Positions 1-9,710 of a DNA stretch of 64,000 bases are shown in pieces. This stretch comes from SAR202 cluster bacterium Io17-Chloro-G2. GTDB lineage: Bacteria; Chloroflexota; Dehalococcoidia; Lucifugimonadales; UBA3495. The first letter of the stretch is position 1. Every line of letters begins with the position of its first letter. The notes under the pieces were generated by a model, which was not told the origin of the DNA, did not search any database, and saw nothing but the letters and a program-made list of their open reading frames with translations. The DNA is taken from NCBI GenBank assembly GCA_002816875.1, contig MUCP01000017.1:3030-67029 (forward strand). Direction: 5' to 3'. A program made the translations under genes and the position numbers.

Positions 1-915
1 TCTGAACTGGGACGGCTGGACAGCCTTTACGAACGCGGCGTGGCCAATGGCGTGCAAGGGCTGGAGATGATCGGCCCGGAACGCCTAAAAGAGATCGAGC
101 CTCACGTCTTTGGTGTGAAGGCCCTCTGGGCGCCTAGCACCGGTATCGTCGACTACAAGAAAGTGGCCGCCGCTTATGCCGGGCGGTTCCAAGAGGCCGG
201 CGGGGAGATTTTCACCGGCGCCGAGGTACATAGCATAAAAAAGTATCCCGACGCCCTGTCCATAGAGACCAATGGGGGCGTATTACAGGCCAAACATCTC
301 ATCAATTGCGCCGGCTTGCACGCCGACAGGGTGGCCGAGATGATGGGCGAAGAGATCGACGTGCGCATCATTCCCTTCCGGGGGGAGTATTACACCCTCA
401 AGCCGGAGAGCCACGGGTTGGTCAACGGGTTGATATATCCGGTGCCCGATCCCAGGTTCCCCTTCTTGGGCGTCCACTACACGCGAAACATCCACGGTCA
501 AGTGGAGGCCGGACCCAACGCCGTGATGGCCTTGAAGCGGGAAGGATACCGAAAGTCCGACGTGGACTTGATGGACTCGTGGGGCACGCTTTCATTCCCC
601 GGATTCTGGAAGATGTCCATGAAGTTCTGGAAGATCGGCCTGGGCGAGATGCACCGGTCCTACGTCAAGAGCGTATTTGTGCGGGACTTGCAGCGCCTAG
701 TGCCTGAGATCCGGGCGGAGGACTTGGCCCCTGGCGGCTCGGGGGTCCGGGCCCAAGCGGTATCCCGCAGCGGCGCCCTTCTGGACGATTTCCACATCAT
801 CCGGGGAAAGGAAGCCGTCCACGTCTTGAATGCCCCGTCCCCCGGGGCCACATCGTCACTGGCCATCGGAAAGTATATCGGCGACCTGGCGGCCGAGGCG
901 TTCGGCGAAGCCTGA
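1..915 (+). CDS. lhgO: L-2-hydroxyglutarate oxidase (5'-truncated by window edge)
   Basis: Frame open from base 1; motifs INCAGLHADR, PFRGEYY, LIYPVPDPRFPFLGVH, GPNA, GVRAQA, VLNAPSPGATSSLAIG typical of LhgO. Confidence 0.9.
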   Translation, partial: SELGRLDSLYERGVANGVQGLEMIGPERLKEIEPHVFGVKALWAPSTGIVDYKKVAAAYAGRFQEAGGEIFTGAEVHSIKKYPDALSIETNGGVLQAKHLINCAGLHADRVAEMMGEEIDVRIIPFRGEYYTLKPESHGLVNGLIYPVPDPRFPFLGVHYTRNIHGQVEAGPNAVMALKREGYRKSDVDLMDSWGTLSFPGFWKMSMKFWKIGLGEMHRSYVKSVFVRDLQRLVPEIRAEDLAPGGSGVRAQAVSRSGALLDDFHIIRGKEAVHVLNAPSPGATSSLAIGKYIGDLAAEAFGEA

Positions 916-951
916 CTCCGGCAAAGCCGCCTTAGAGCGGAGCCTAGAATG

Positions 952-980
952 TTGCTGCTGGTGAGCGGGCTGGGTATAAT
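952..980 (+). promoter_or_regulatory. sigma70-type promoter for maoC-plsX-fabG
   Basis: TTGCTG-17 bp-TATAAT about 90 bp upstream of the ATG at 1068. Confidence 0.55.
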
Positions 981-1067
981 CGACCCGGCGCATTTGCCGA
1001 AGGGGTGGGTTTGGTGTCGACGCTGCAGGCCCCCGCAGGGCCGGAGCATCTCGAGGGGCAGGACCCG

Positions 1068-1961
1068 ATGCCTGATTCTGAACTAGGGATCGAGTTGGGG
1101 ACCTGGCAGGCTGCCGAAGAGCCGGTCTTGCGCTACCTCCGGGCTGTGGGCGACACCTCGGACTTATCTATCCAATCACAACTTGCCCCTCCCCTGGCAT
1201 TGACTGCGTGGGCCCTGGGCGCAATGCTCCAACGCCTCGACCTCCCCGCCGGCGCGATCCATAGCGTCCAAGAGATGGAGACTGTCAGGGGTGTCCCTTT
1301 TGGAGAGCAGGTCACCGCCTTCGCCGGGCTGGGTCAGCCCAGGAGACGAGGAGATCTGGAATTCATCACCGCCGAATACACCTTGAAGGCCGCCGGCGGG
1401 GAAGAAGTCATAAGGGGTCAGTGCACCGTCTTGGTGAACCATGCAGCTGCCCCTCCATCTGTGGCCCGTGGTTCAGCCGGTACCCAAGCATCAAATCAAG
1501 AGAACCTTACAGCTCAGACACCAGCGCAACCCGCCTTCCCTGTGGTTGAGCGGACAATCACCCAAGACCAACTCCTCGCTTATTCTGAAGCATCCGGCGA
1601 TCACAACCCGCTGCATTTGGACCCGGCGTTCGCGGCCACCACCCAATTTGGAGAGATCATCGCCCACGGCATGTTGACCCTGGCCTTGGTTTCCGAAGCC
1701 ATGGGCAGGGCTTACGGTAAAGCATGGCTTGAGAGCGGGGCGCTAAAGATCAGGTTCAAGGGCGCGGCATATTTGGGCGACCGGTTATACACCCTATGCC
1801 GGCCTTCAATACAACAATCGCTTGACCAGGGAATCCGGCAGGTCTGCGACGTGGCGGTGCTGGAGGAGAAAAGCGGCAAGGAATTGGTGACTGGCTCCGC
1901 ATCGGTTATTATTGGCAATGGAAACGCGGGCGGCGGGGAGGAAAGGAATGGTGATCTGTAA
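1068..1961 (+). CDS. Double hot-dog MaoC-family (R)-specific enoyl hydratase/dehydratase
   Basis: C-terminal MaoC motif YSEASGDHNPLHLDPAFA..IAHGML; N-terminal degenerate hot-dog domain; ATG 1068 after GAGGGG preferred over GTG 1005. Confidence 0.8.
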   Translation: MPDSELGIELGTWQAAEEPVLRYLRAVGDTSDLSIQSQLAPPLALTAWALGAMLQRLDLPAGAIHSVQEMETVRGVPFGEQVTAFAGLGQPRRRGDLEFITAEYTLKAAGGEEVIRGQCTVLVNHAAAPPSVARGSAGTQASNQENLTAQTPAQPAFPVVERTITQDQLLAYSEASGDHNPLHLDPAFAATTQFGEIIAHGMLTLALVSEAMGRAYGKAWLESGALKIRFKGAAYLGDRLYTLCRPSIQQSLDQGIRQVCDVAVLEEKSGKELVTGSASVIIGNGNAGGGEERNGDL

Positions 1962-2011
1962 CTCTGCCGATGATTCTCGCCCATCCTGGAGAGCGGCGAT
2001 GGGAATGATCG

Positions 2012-3064
2012 ATGTTAGGTAACGGAAGACCAGATGACCCTCCCGTCAGAGTGGTGATAGACACCATGGGCGGTGATTTTGGTCCCCGGGAAACCGTTAA
2101 AGGCGCGATTCAAGCGCTGAGTAACGACAATATTGAACTCATCTTGGTGGGCGATCAAGGGCCGGTCCAGGCCGAATTGGAGCGCCACGACACTACCGGA
2201 CGATCGGTGACGTTGGTCCCTTCGGTAGACAAGATCGGAGACGACGAGCACCCTATTCAGGCCCTGCGCCACAAGCCCAAGGCATCGATCGTAGTGGCTA
2301 CCAAACTGGTGAAATCCGGTGATGCCGACGTGGTGGTTTCCATGGGCTCCACCGGCGCTTCCATGGCCAGTTCGGTATTTCTACTGGGATTGATGGAAGG
2401 TCTGGAGCGCCCATGCCTTGGTGGTCCCTTCTTGGGCGTCGCACCAGGAACCGTTATGGTAGACGCGGGGAGCAACATGGACTGCCGCCCGGCGCTGATG
2501 TTGAGTTTTGCCGCGTTGGGGTCAGTTTTCGCCCACAGATTCCTGGGGATTGAAAACCCCAGGATCGGCCTCCTCAGCGTGGGGGCCGAGGAGGCCAAAG
2601 GCAACAAGCAGGTCCAGGAAAGCTACGCATTGTTGCAGCAAAGCCATCTCAACTTCATAGGCAACGTCGAGGGTATGGACTTCTTCACGGGCCGGGCCGA
2701 CGTCATCGTATGCGACGGCTTCGTGGGCAATATCTTGATGAAATTCGCCGAAGGATTGGGTGGGGCCCTTTCCGGATTTGTGAAGGACCGCTTGGCGGGG
2801 GCCCTCTCCTCTCAAGACCTGGCCAAGATAAGCGATGACCTGTGGCAAACCACCAATATGCCCAGAACCATGGGAGGGCCGCTTTTCGGCGTGAACGGGG
2901 CAGTGGTCCTGGGCCACGGCTCCTGCGAGGCCAGCGGCGTTGCCGGGGCTATCCACACGGCCGTCAGGTACGTTCAGGTGGGTCTGGTGGATAGCATGAA
3001 GGAAGAACTCTCCCAGATAAATAAGGGTCACCAGCCGGCGGCCAAGCTTCAGGCTGAAGATTAG
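2012..3064 (+). CDS. plsX: Phosphate acyltransferase PlsX
   Basis: DTMGGDFGP, GSTGA, ERP, GNVEG, VCDGFVGNILMKFAEG, HGS motifs; adjacent to fabG. Confidence 0.9.
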   Translation: MLGNGRPDDPPVRVVIDTMGGDFGPRETVKGAIQALSNDNIELILVGDQGPVQAELERHDTTGRSVTLVPSVDKIGDDEHPIQALRHKPKASIVVATKLVKSGDADVVVSMGSTGASMASSVFLLGLMEGLERPCLGGPFLGVAPGTVMVDAGSNMDCRPALMLSFAALGSVFAHRFLGIENPRIGLLSVGAEEAKGNKQVQESYALLQQSHLNFIGNVEGMDFFTGRADVIVCDGFVGNILMKFAEGLGGALSGFVKDRLAGALSSQDLAKISDDLWQTTNMPRTMGGPLFGVNGAVVLGHGSCEASGVAGAIHTAVRYVQVGLVDSMKEELSQINKGHQPAAKLQAED

Positions 3065-3111
3065 ATGTCCCTGACTCTTGAGACAAAGATTCTAGATGTA
3101 AGGCAGATCGA

Positions 3112-3864
3112 GTGACGGCGGCGGATTCAGACCCACAGGTAGCCCTGGTCACCGGAGCCTCCCGGGGGATAGGCGCCGTCATTGCCTGCCGCCTGGCCCA
3201 GGCGGGGATTCGGGTTGGGGTGAATTTTCATTCCAGTGAAAAGGCCGCTAGGCAGGTGGTTAATGACATCATCGCCACCGGTGGCGAAGCGTTGCTGATC
3301 GAAGGCGATGTATCCTTGGAAGAACCGGCGGCGGCTGTGGTAAAGCAGGCCTTTGATAGATGGGGCCGTATCGACATACTGGTGAATAACGCCGGAATCC
3401 ATCGGGACCGTCTTTTGGTGCGAATGGGCTCCGACGATTGGGACCAGGTTATGGATGTCAATCTAAAGGGCGCATTCCTCTGCACCAAGTACGTCATGCC
3501 CCATCTGATAAGACAGCGGGCTGGGCGCATCGTCAACATCTCGTCGGTGGTGGGCTTAAGCGGCAATCCAGGCCAGGCCAACTACGCCGCTGCCAAAGCG
3601 GGCCTCATCGGGTTTACTAAATCCGTGGCCCGGGAAGTCGCCTCCCGCAACATAACCGTCAATGCATTGGCCCCGGGCTACATTACCACCGGGATGGTGG
3701 AAGACCTGCCGGAGGAGACCCAAAAGCAAATCCTGTCCCGCATCCCCATGGGCCGGTTCGGCGCCGCCGAAGACGTGGCCCAAGCCGTCCAATTCCTATG
3801 CAGCGAAGGCGCCGGCTACATCACCGGCCAGGTCCTGACCATCGACGGCGGCCTGATAGCTTGA
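3112..3864 (+). CDS. fabG: 3-oxoacyl-ACP reductase
   Basis: TGASRGIG, NNAGI.RD, GNPGQANYAAAKAG, PGYITT, ITGQVLTIDGG; context after plsX. Confidence 0.92.
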   Translation: MTAADSDPQVALVTGASRGIGAVIACRLAQAGIRVGVNFHSSEKAARQVVNDIIATGGEALLIEGDVSLEEPAAAVVKQAFDRWGRIDILVNNAGIHRDRLLVRMGSDDWDQVMDVNLKGAFLCTKYVMPHLIRQRAGRIVNISSVVGLSGNPGQANYAAAKAGLIGFTKSVAREVASRNITVNALAPGYITTGMVEDLPEETQKQILSRIPMGRFGAAEDVAQAVQFLCSEGAGYITGQVLTIDGGLIA

Positions 3865-3915
3865 AATGGCCGGTCGTGATGTCCGCGGCCGAACCCATCG
3901 TTTGTAGCCAGCGGA

Positions 3916-3943
3916 GTAGGCCCACGGCATGCCGTGCCCCTAC
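3916..3943. repeat. GTAG-family REP palindrome
   Basis: GTAGGCCCACGGCATGCCGTGCCCCTAC imperfect palindrome. Confidence 0.7.
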
Positions 3944-4018
3944 GTTTCCGGCCCACCTGGAGCGATTCATGGCTGCCACGGACACGGGGGCCAGCCGCTG
4001 TCGTGGGGATGCACGCCC

Positions 4019-5395
4019 ATGAGACGATACACCACCGAAGAAGTCCTGGGCCTGATGGAGGCCTGGTTCGAGGAGCACAGGGACGCCCGTGACTTCGACC
4101 CCCTAAAGCCTTTTCTAGGTTTCGATAAGTTGCTGGGCGCGGACCTATCTGGGATCGACCTGGGCAGTGACACGGTTCGGGACAAGGCCCGGGTGTTCAG
4201 GGAGAACCACCCCCAGGTAGAAAGCCCGCCCTGGCTTGCGCGGCCCGACGTGTCTCTGTCCCTGTCAGTTGTCGAGCCCGGCCTGGAATTGTCGGGCTCC
4301 ATACTCTCGGACCCTGGGCTTGGCAAACGAGCAAACCTTGGAGGAGCCCAGCTTCAGGGAGCAAACCTACAGGGGGTCCAGCTTCAAGGGGCAAACCTGC
4401 AAAACGCCCGGCTTCAGGGGGCACATATTTTGGAGGCGGACCTTCAACGAGCAGATCTCTATAGCGCCCAGCTTCAGGGAGCAAATCTGTACAGAGCAAA
4501 CCTTAGCGAGGCAGGCCTCGGAAGCGCTCAGCTCCGAGGGGCAGGGCTGGTGAGGGCCCAGCTTCAGGGGGCGATGCTCTCTGACGCCCAACTTGAGGGC
4601 GCGTTTCTCGATAGGGCCCAGCTTCAGGAGGCAACCCTGGCAGGAGCCCATCTGCGGGGGGCGGACCTTTTGGAGGCCAACCTTCAAGGAGCAGACCTCA
4701 CGCGCGCCCAACTTGAGGAGGCGGTCCTCCAGCAGGCCCAGCTTCAGGGGGCGGACCTGCGTTGGACCCATCTTCAGGGGGCAAGACTTAGGGAGGCTCA
4801 GCTTCAGGGGGCGCATCTGCGAGGGGCCGATTTCAAGGAGGCTCGCTTGGAAGAGGTGGATTGGACGGGAGGGTATGTCTTAGCCGAAGAGGACCCCGGA
4901 AACACCGAGGTGGTTTACCGGGAGCTAAGGCGGTGGTACACCAACGCGGGCCAATACGAGCACGCAGGGGAGTTTCACAAGCGCCAGATGCTGATGCGGC
5001 GTAAGAACCTGTGGGCGGGAAGGACTTGGGCGGACTGCCTGGAACCTTCCTTCTCGAAGAAGCTAGAGTCTTTCGCCCTCTTTCTCCTGGGGCTTTTCAG
5101 CGGCTATGGCGAGCGGCCGTCCTGGGTGCTGCTCTGGGCCGTGGCGTGCTGGCTGGGTTTCGGGTTGGCCTACTACGTTGGCCAGGGGACTTCTTTGGGC
5201 AGCGGCTATGGACCAGCCTTCTTGGGTGAGGCCCTTTACTATAGCGCACTGCCCTTTTCGGCGTTTAACCCTCCAGGCACGCTTGGGGGAGTCCCGCCGT
5301 GGGCCAGCACCCTGGCGGTGGTCCAGGGGATTCTCACCTACTTCCTGCTGGCCCTGTTCCTGGTGACCTTCGTGCAAAAGGCGTCGCGGTCGTAG
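4019..5395 (+). CDS. Pentapeptide-repeat protein with C-terminal membrane (ion-channel-like) domain
   Basis: More than 30 A(Q/D/N)LxG pentapeptides (DNA repeat GCCCAGCTTCAGGG); GYGERP followed by hydrophobic helices; the longer start at 3929 lies inside a REP. Confidence 0.85.
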   Translation: MRRYTTEEVLGLMEAWFEEHRDARDFDPLKPFLGFDKLLGADLSGIDLGSDTVRDKARVFRENHPQVESPPWLARPDVSLSLSVVEPGLELSGSILSDPGLGKRANLGGAQLQGANLQGVQLQGANLQNARLQGAHILEADLQRADLYSAQLQGANLYRANLSEAGLGSAQLRGAGLVRAQLQGAMLSDAQLEGAFLDRAQLQEATLAGAHLRGADLLEANLQGADLTRAQLEEAVLQQAQLQGADLRWTHLQGARLREAQLQGAHLRGADFKEARLEEVDWTGGYVLAEEDPGNTEVVYRELRRWYTNAGQYEHAGEFHKRQMLMRRKNLWAGRTWADCLEPSFSKKLESFALFLLGLFSGYGERPSWVLLWAVACWLGFGLAYYVGQGTSLGSGYGPAFLGEALYYSALPFSAFNPPGTLGGVPPWASTLAVVQGILTYFLLALFLVTFVQKASRS

Positions 5396-5419
5396 GAGCG
5401 AACGGCCGTGCGCCCCTAC
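5392..5419. repeat. GTAG-family REP palindrome overlapping the stop codon
   Basis: GTAGGAGCGAACGGCCGTGCGCCCCTAC; its TAG is the stop codon of the upstream CDS. Confidence 0.75.
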
Positions 5420-5466
5420 CTTCATGAGGAATCACCTGTTTCCACGACACGGTTGCCCAATCTAGG

Positions 5467-5495
5467 GTAGGGGCGGGTTTTAAACCCGCCCCTAC
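5467..5495. repeat. GTAG-family REP, perfect palindrome
   Basis: GTAGGGGCGGGTTT-T-AAACCCGCCCCTAC. Confidence 0.85.
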
Positions 5496-5565
5496 GATGA
5501 AGGGCAGCAAGGTGAATTTTCAAGCCAGTCCATATAACCCAACCTGAACTCATTGTGAGGAAACT

Positions 5566-6456
5566 ATGGTAACTAAAGAGAAAGCCACCATCCGTTTCCG
5601 TCAACTTTTAGCACAACCCGAAATAATAATGGCTCCCGGCGCTTACGATTGCTTGACGGCCAAGATTATCGAGCAGGCCGGTTTTCCGGCGGTGTACATG
5701 ACCGGGGCAGGGACTTCCGTGGCCCGGCTGGGACAACCTGACTTGGCATTGGCCACCATGACGGAAATGCTGGCAAACGCCGCCGCCATTGCCGGCTCGG
5801 TGGACGTCCCCGTGATCGCCGACGCCGACACTGGTTATGGTGGGGTGTTGAACGTGGGCCGCACCGTCCGCCTATACGAACGCACCGGGGTGGCCGCCAT
5901 CCACATTGAAGACCAGGAATCCCCCAAGCGGTGCGGTCACTTGGACAACAAGAGGGTGATTCCGGCGGATGAGATGGTCCAAAAGATCCACGCCGCGGTG
6001 GACGCCCGGATTGACGGCAACTTTACGATCATCGTGCGTACCGACGCGCTTGCGGTGACGGGCTGGGACGACACCATGGAGCGGTGCCAAGCCTATGTGG
6101 AGGCGGGCGCCGACGTACTTTTCGTGGAGGCGGTCCGCAGCAAGAAACAGGCCCAATTGATCACGCGCCGGTTTGAGAAGCCTATGCTGTACAACTTCGT
6201 TGAATCCGGAAAATCTCCGCTGATCCCGGCAGGCGAATTACAACGGCTGGGGTTCAAGCTGGTCATATTTCCCGCTAGCGCGCTGCTGTTGGTCACCAAA
6301 GCCGTGGCCGGATTGATGGCTGAGATCAAGAATCAAGGAACACCTGGATTTATGATAGACCAGATGGTCAGCCTCGAAGACTGTTTCAACCTGGTGGGCA
6401 TGGCCGAATTGTTGGCCCAAGACGCCAAATACGCCGGGCAAATGGCCACGATTTAG
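5566..6456 (+). CDS. Isocitrate lyase/PEP mutase superfamily enzyme (methylisocitrate lyase-like)
   Basis: PGAYD, DADTGYGG, IEDQ..PKRCGH, RTDA, GADVLFVE. Confidence 0.85.
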   Translation: MVTKEKATIRFRQLLAQPEIIMAPGAYDCLTAKIIEQAGFPAVYMTGAGTSVARLGQPDLALATMTEMLANAAAIAGSVDVPVIADADTGYGGVLNVGRTVRLYERTGVAAIHIEDQESPKRCGHLDNKRVIPADEMVQKIHAAVDARIDGNFTIIVRTDALAVTGWDDTMERCQAYVEAGADVLFVEAVRSKKQAQLITRRFEKPMLYNFVESGKSPLIPAGELQRLGFKLVIFPASALLLVTKAVAGLMAEIKNQGTPGFMIDQMVSLEDCFNLVGMAELLAQDAKYAGQMATI

Positions 6457-6724
6457 GCATCAACCTTATTCAGACCCATAACTTCCTCCATGCTTCCACC
6501 TGATGCTCTCATCTGGGGAGCGGTGGATCACCCCAGCCCTATGACAACCCGGCCGGAACGGTTTCGCCGGGCATCTCCTCTTCCATAACTCCCAAGAATG
6601 GTACGTTTGTACCTTTCACCAGTGACGCGGCTCTCCTTAAAATGGATGCCAAGGCCAAAAGGACCGTGGCCTGCGGGAGGGAACCATCATTTTACAGACT
6701 GCTTCGTCGAGATGGCTGGCCGGC

Positions 6725-7207
6725 TTGGCCCTGGCAATCGTCGTCCTAGCCGGTGTCAGCATAATCATCGCGCTGCTGGAGCGGAGGGGCGAACCCTCCC
6801 TCCTGCCTGAAGGCACCCCTGCAGGGACGGTCCACCGGTATCTGTTGGCTATCGAAAAGGGGGAAACCGAGGCCGCCTATAGCTATTTAGACCGCGATAT
6901 CCAGGATGAGTGCGAGAGTCAGCATTTCCGGGATTCACTCCGGGGTTTTCGCGGTGGAGGATTTCATGAGAACGAGGACCTTCGGGTGACGCTGGTAGAC
7001 ACCAGAGAGGTGGAAGACCGGGTGGAAGTACAGGTCCGCATCACCCGTTTTCAGGTTACGCCTCCCTTCGGCGCCAACGAGTATTCCCACCGTGAACGGT
7101 TCGTCCTGAAGCAGACCGGCGGCGCCTGGGCATTCGTTGAGCCACCCTGGCCCATGAGGTTTTGCCCGCAGACGGAAAAACCGAGCCAGCCCGAAGGGCC
7201 GCGCTAG
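6725..7207 (+). CDS. Membrane-anchored hypothetical protein (possibly NTF2-like); true start may be 6686/6689
   Basis: N-terminal hydrophobic anchor; TPAGTVHRYLLAIEKGETEAAYSYL; 9 bp upstream of next gene. Confidence 0.7.
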   Translation: MALAIVVLAGVSIIIALLERRGEPSLLPEGTPAGTVHRYLLAIEKGETEAAYSYLDRDIQDECESQHFRDSLRGFRGGGFHENEDLRVTLVDTREVEDRVEVQVRITRFQVTPPFGANEYSHRERFVLKQTGGAWAFVEPPWPMRFCPQTEKPSQPEGPR

Positions 7208-7216
7208 CGCAGGAGG

Positions 7217-9064
7217 ATGCCGATGGAATTCGTTTTTGGAATAGGTGGTAGCTTGGTCCAATTACTGGTTATAGGGGGAATCATCGCCGCGGTGGTGATG
7301 TTAGTTCGCCGCCGCTCGGAGGCGGGAGAGGACCCGGGGATCGGCACCCTCAAGCGGCTATATTTCTATGTCATTTCTTTTGCAGCCTTGATGGCATCCG
7401 CCGTTGGCGCTTTTCTGCTCGTCGACTCGGCGGGAGACGCCCTGCTGGGGAATGACATATTTTTCCGGGGCCAGACCCAGTTGGCCCTGGCATTGGCGCT
7501 GACGATAGTGGGCGTTCCCGTCTGGCTTTTCCACTGGAACCTGGCTCGCCGGTCTGTTGGGCAGGTCCCTTGGGAAACCCAGGCGTTGGCCCGGCGGGTA
7601 TATTTGTACCTGGTATTGGCCGTTTCCGGCGCGGTGGCCGTCTTTGGGTTCGTGTCCCTGTTCCGGTGGTGGCTGGGGGCCCTTGAATTTGATGGACTTC
7701 ACCTAGCGCTGCCCATCGTATGGGGCGTGGTCTGGGCTTTCCACTGGCGGCAGGTGGACCTGGAGAAGCAAAGCCATCCAGTAACCGATCTTGTGGGGCC
7801 GCTGTACGTCTATGCCGCGTCTCTTGCCGGTCTGATCATGCTGCTGGTGGGAATTGGCATCATGCTCCAACGCCTGATCCTTCCCGCCTACGATGCCGTA
7901 TTCGCCACCCAGTTGCTGGGGTCAACCACCCCTGGCCTGTGGAACGACGTTATGGGAACGGCCTTGGCCATTGCCGTTAACGGCGGCGGCTTTTGGTGGT
8001 GGCACTGGCACCGGGCTGCCCGGCCGCCCCGGTCTGAGATCGCCACCGGCGCGCGGCAGGTTTATCTGTACATCTTCGCCATATTTGCAGGGGCCGCCAC
8101 CGTGGTCGTGTCCCTTAGCATCGTCTTGTTCCGGCTGCTTTCTTGGGCGTTCGGCCAGCAGGATCTCGGCGGCGCCGACGACTATTTCCGTTTCTTGCCC
8201 AGCACGTTATCCGCCCTGGTTGCCGGGGGAGGATTGTGGGGATATCACTGGTCGGTGGCGCAACAAGAATCTCGGGCCGCCGGAGGCCTGCCGGCGGCCC
8301 GGGGGGCTTATCGCTATTTGGTGTCCGCGGTCGCCTTGGGAGCATTGGGCACCGGACTAGTGCTGCTGGTTGGGGTGGGCGCCGGGACCATCCTGCCTCT
8401 GCGAGGGGAAGAACTGGCCGGGACCCGATGGTGGAGCGGCCAATTGGCGCTGGCCGTGACGCTGCTGGCGGTGGGAGGGCCGCTGTGGGCGTACCATTGG
8501 TTCAGCGCCCAACGGGATGTTGCCAAGGGAGGGAGGGAAGAATTGGCCGCCCTATCCCGCCGGGTGTTCGTTTATTTCGTGTTCGGCGTGGCTGTCCTCA
8601 TCGTATTGGGCAGCGTTAGCGGCGTGCTGTTCCTGGTGCTGAAGAACATCCTGGAAGGGGACTTTTCCATCGCCGTCCTCCAAGACGCAAAACTGCCCCT
8701 GGGCATGGCGTTGATAGCCGGAGCTGTAGGGTTCTACTATTGGTTGGTTTTGCAAGAAGACCGGAGGGCGCTGGCGGAAATATCAAGCGGAGTCCAAGAC
8801 ATTGCCCCAGTAGAGCCCAGGATGTTGAAAAACGTCATCGCCGTGGCTTCCGGCGCGGCCCAGCCGATGATCAGACGGCTAGAGGCGAATCTGGGGGCGC
8901 CCATCAGGCTGTGGCAGCGGTTGGACGCTGGAGAGCCAGTCCCCAGCTTGACCGAAGAGCAGTTGACCGACGCCCGCCGCCGCATCATCGAAGCGCCCGG
9001 CGACCGCGTCCTGCTCACCCTGGATGCCTCCGGCATAACCGTGATGCCCTATCGGGAGATTTAA
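7217..9064 (+). CDS. DUF5671-like repeat integral membrane protein
   Basis: GGAGG RBS; six repeats of R..Y.Y-hydrophobic with P.W..HW/W..HW motifs. Confidence 0.75.
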   Translation: MPMEFVFGIGGSLVQLLVIGGIIAAVVMLVRRRSEAGEDPGIGTLKRLYFYVISFAALMASAVGAFLLVDSAGDALLGNDIFFRGQTQLALALALTIVGVPVWLFHWNLARRSVGQVPWETQALARRVYLYLVLAVSGAVAVFGFVSLFRWWLGALEFDGLHLALPIVWGVVWAFHWRQVDLEKQSHPVTDLVGPLYVYAASLAGLIMLLVGIGIMLQRLILPAYDAVFATQLLGSTTPGLWNDVMGTALAIAVNGGGFWWWHWHRAARPPRSEIATGARQVYLYIFAIFAGAATVVVSLSIVLFRLLSWAFGQQDLGGADDYFRFLPSTLSALVAGGGLWGYHWSVAQQESRAAGGLPAARGAYRYLVSAVALGALGTGLVLLVGVGAGTILPLRGEELAGTRWWSGQLALAVTLLAVGGPLWAYHWFSAQRDVAKGGREELAALSRRVFVYFVFGVAVLIVLGSVSGVLFLVLKNILEGDFSIAVLQDAKLPLGMALIAGAVGFYYWLVLQEDRRALAEISSGVQDIAPVEPRMLKNVIAVASGAAQPMIRRLEANLGAPIRLWQRLDAGEPVPSLTEEQLTDARRRIIEAPGDRVLLTLDASGITVMPYREI

Positions 9065-9157
9065 ACTTAGGACTTGAGCCAGCGGCCGTCTGGGCGTACA
9101 GTTGGGTTCTAGATCACGCAGGATTCAACACCTGCCAACAGCCATGGGGTGAAGCGA

Positions 9158-9691
9158 ATGCGCAACGTAGTTTTGGTGGTAGACATGGTGAAGGGATTTC
9201 TGGAGCCGGGCCACAACCTGTACTGCGGCGACGATTCCCGAAAGATCATCCCCAATGTAAGAGACTTGCTGGAGCGGGAACGGCAGGCCGGTTCCCCGGT
9301 GCTGTTTATATCGGACCACCACGACCCCGACGACCTGGAGTTCCAGGTTTTCCCGGTGCACTGCGTCAAGGGTACGGAAGAACCGGAGGTGATCCCGGAG
9401 CTGCAAGAATTCGTCACCGGGTCCGGAACCGGGTCCAACGTAGTCCCCAAGAACCGGTACAGCGGGTTCTTCAACACCGGCCTGGCCCAGCAGTTGGAGG
9501 ACCTGAACCCGGACAAGGTGATCATCTGCGGGGTGTGCACCGACATCTGCGTGCTGCACACCGCCAGTGACGCCCGCAACCGGGATTATGCCGTGGAAGT
9601 GCCGGCCGGCTGCGTTGCCACCTTCGACCCCGGCGCCCACACCTGGGCCTTAGGACATCTTGAAAAGATACTAGGGGCAAAAGTCGTTTAG
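9158..9691 (+). CDS. Isochorismatase/nicotinamidase-family cysteine hydrolase
   Basis: VVDMVKGF, SDHH, FPVHCVKGT, KNRYSGF, GVCTDICV. Confidence 0.88.
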   Translation: MRNVVLVVDMVKGFLEPGHNLYCGDDSRKIIPNVRDLLERERQAGSPVLFISDHHDPDDLEFQVFPVHCVKGTEEPEVIPELQEFVTGSGTGSNVVPKNRYSGFFNTGLAQQLEDLNPDKVIICGVCTDICVLHTASDARNRDYAVEVPAGCVATFDPGAHTWALGHLEKILGAKVV

Positions 9692-9710
9692 CCGTCCAAC
9701 CAGGCCAACC

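Noticed and set aside
4330-4850. 15/30-bp DNA repeats as a non-coding array
   Set aside because: Fully explained by the pentapeptide-repeat coding sequence
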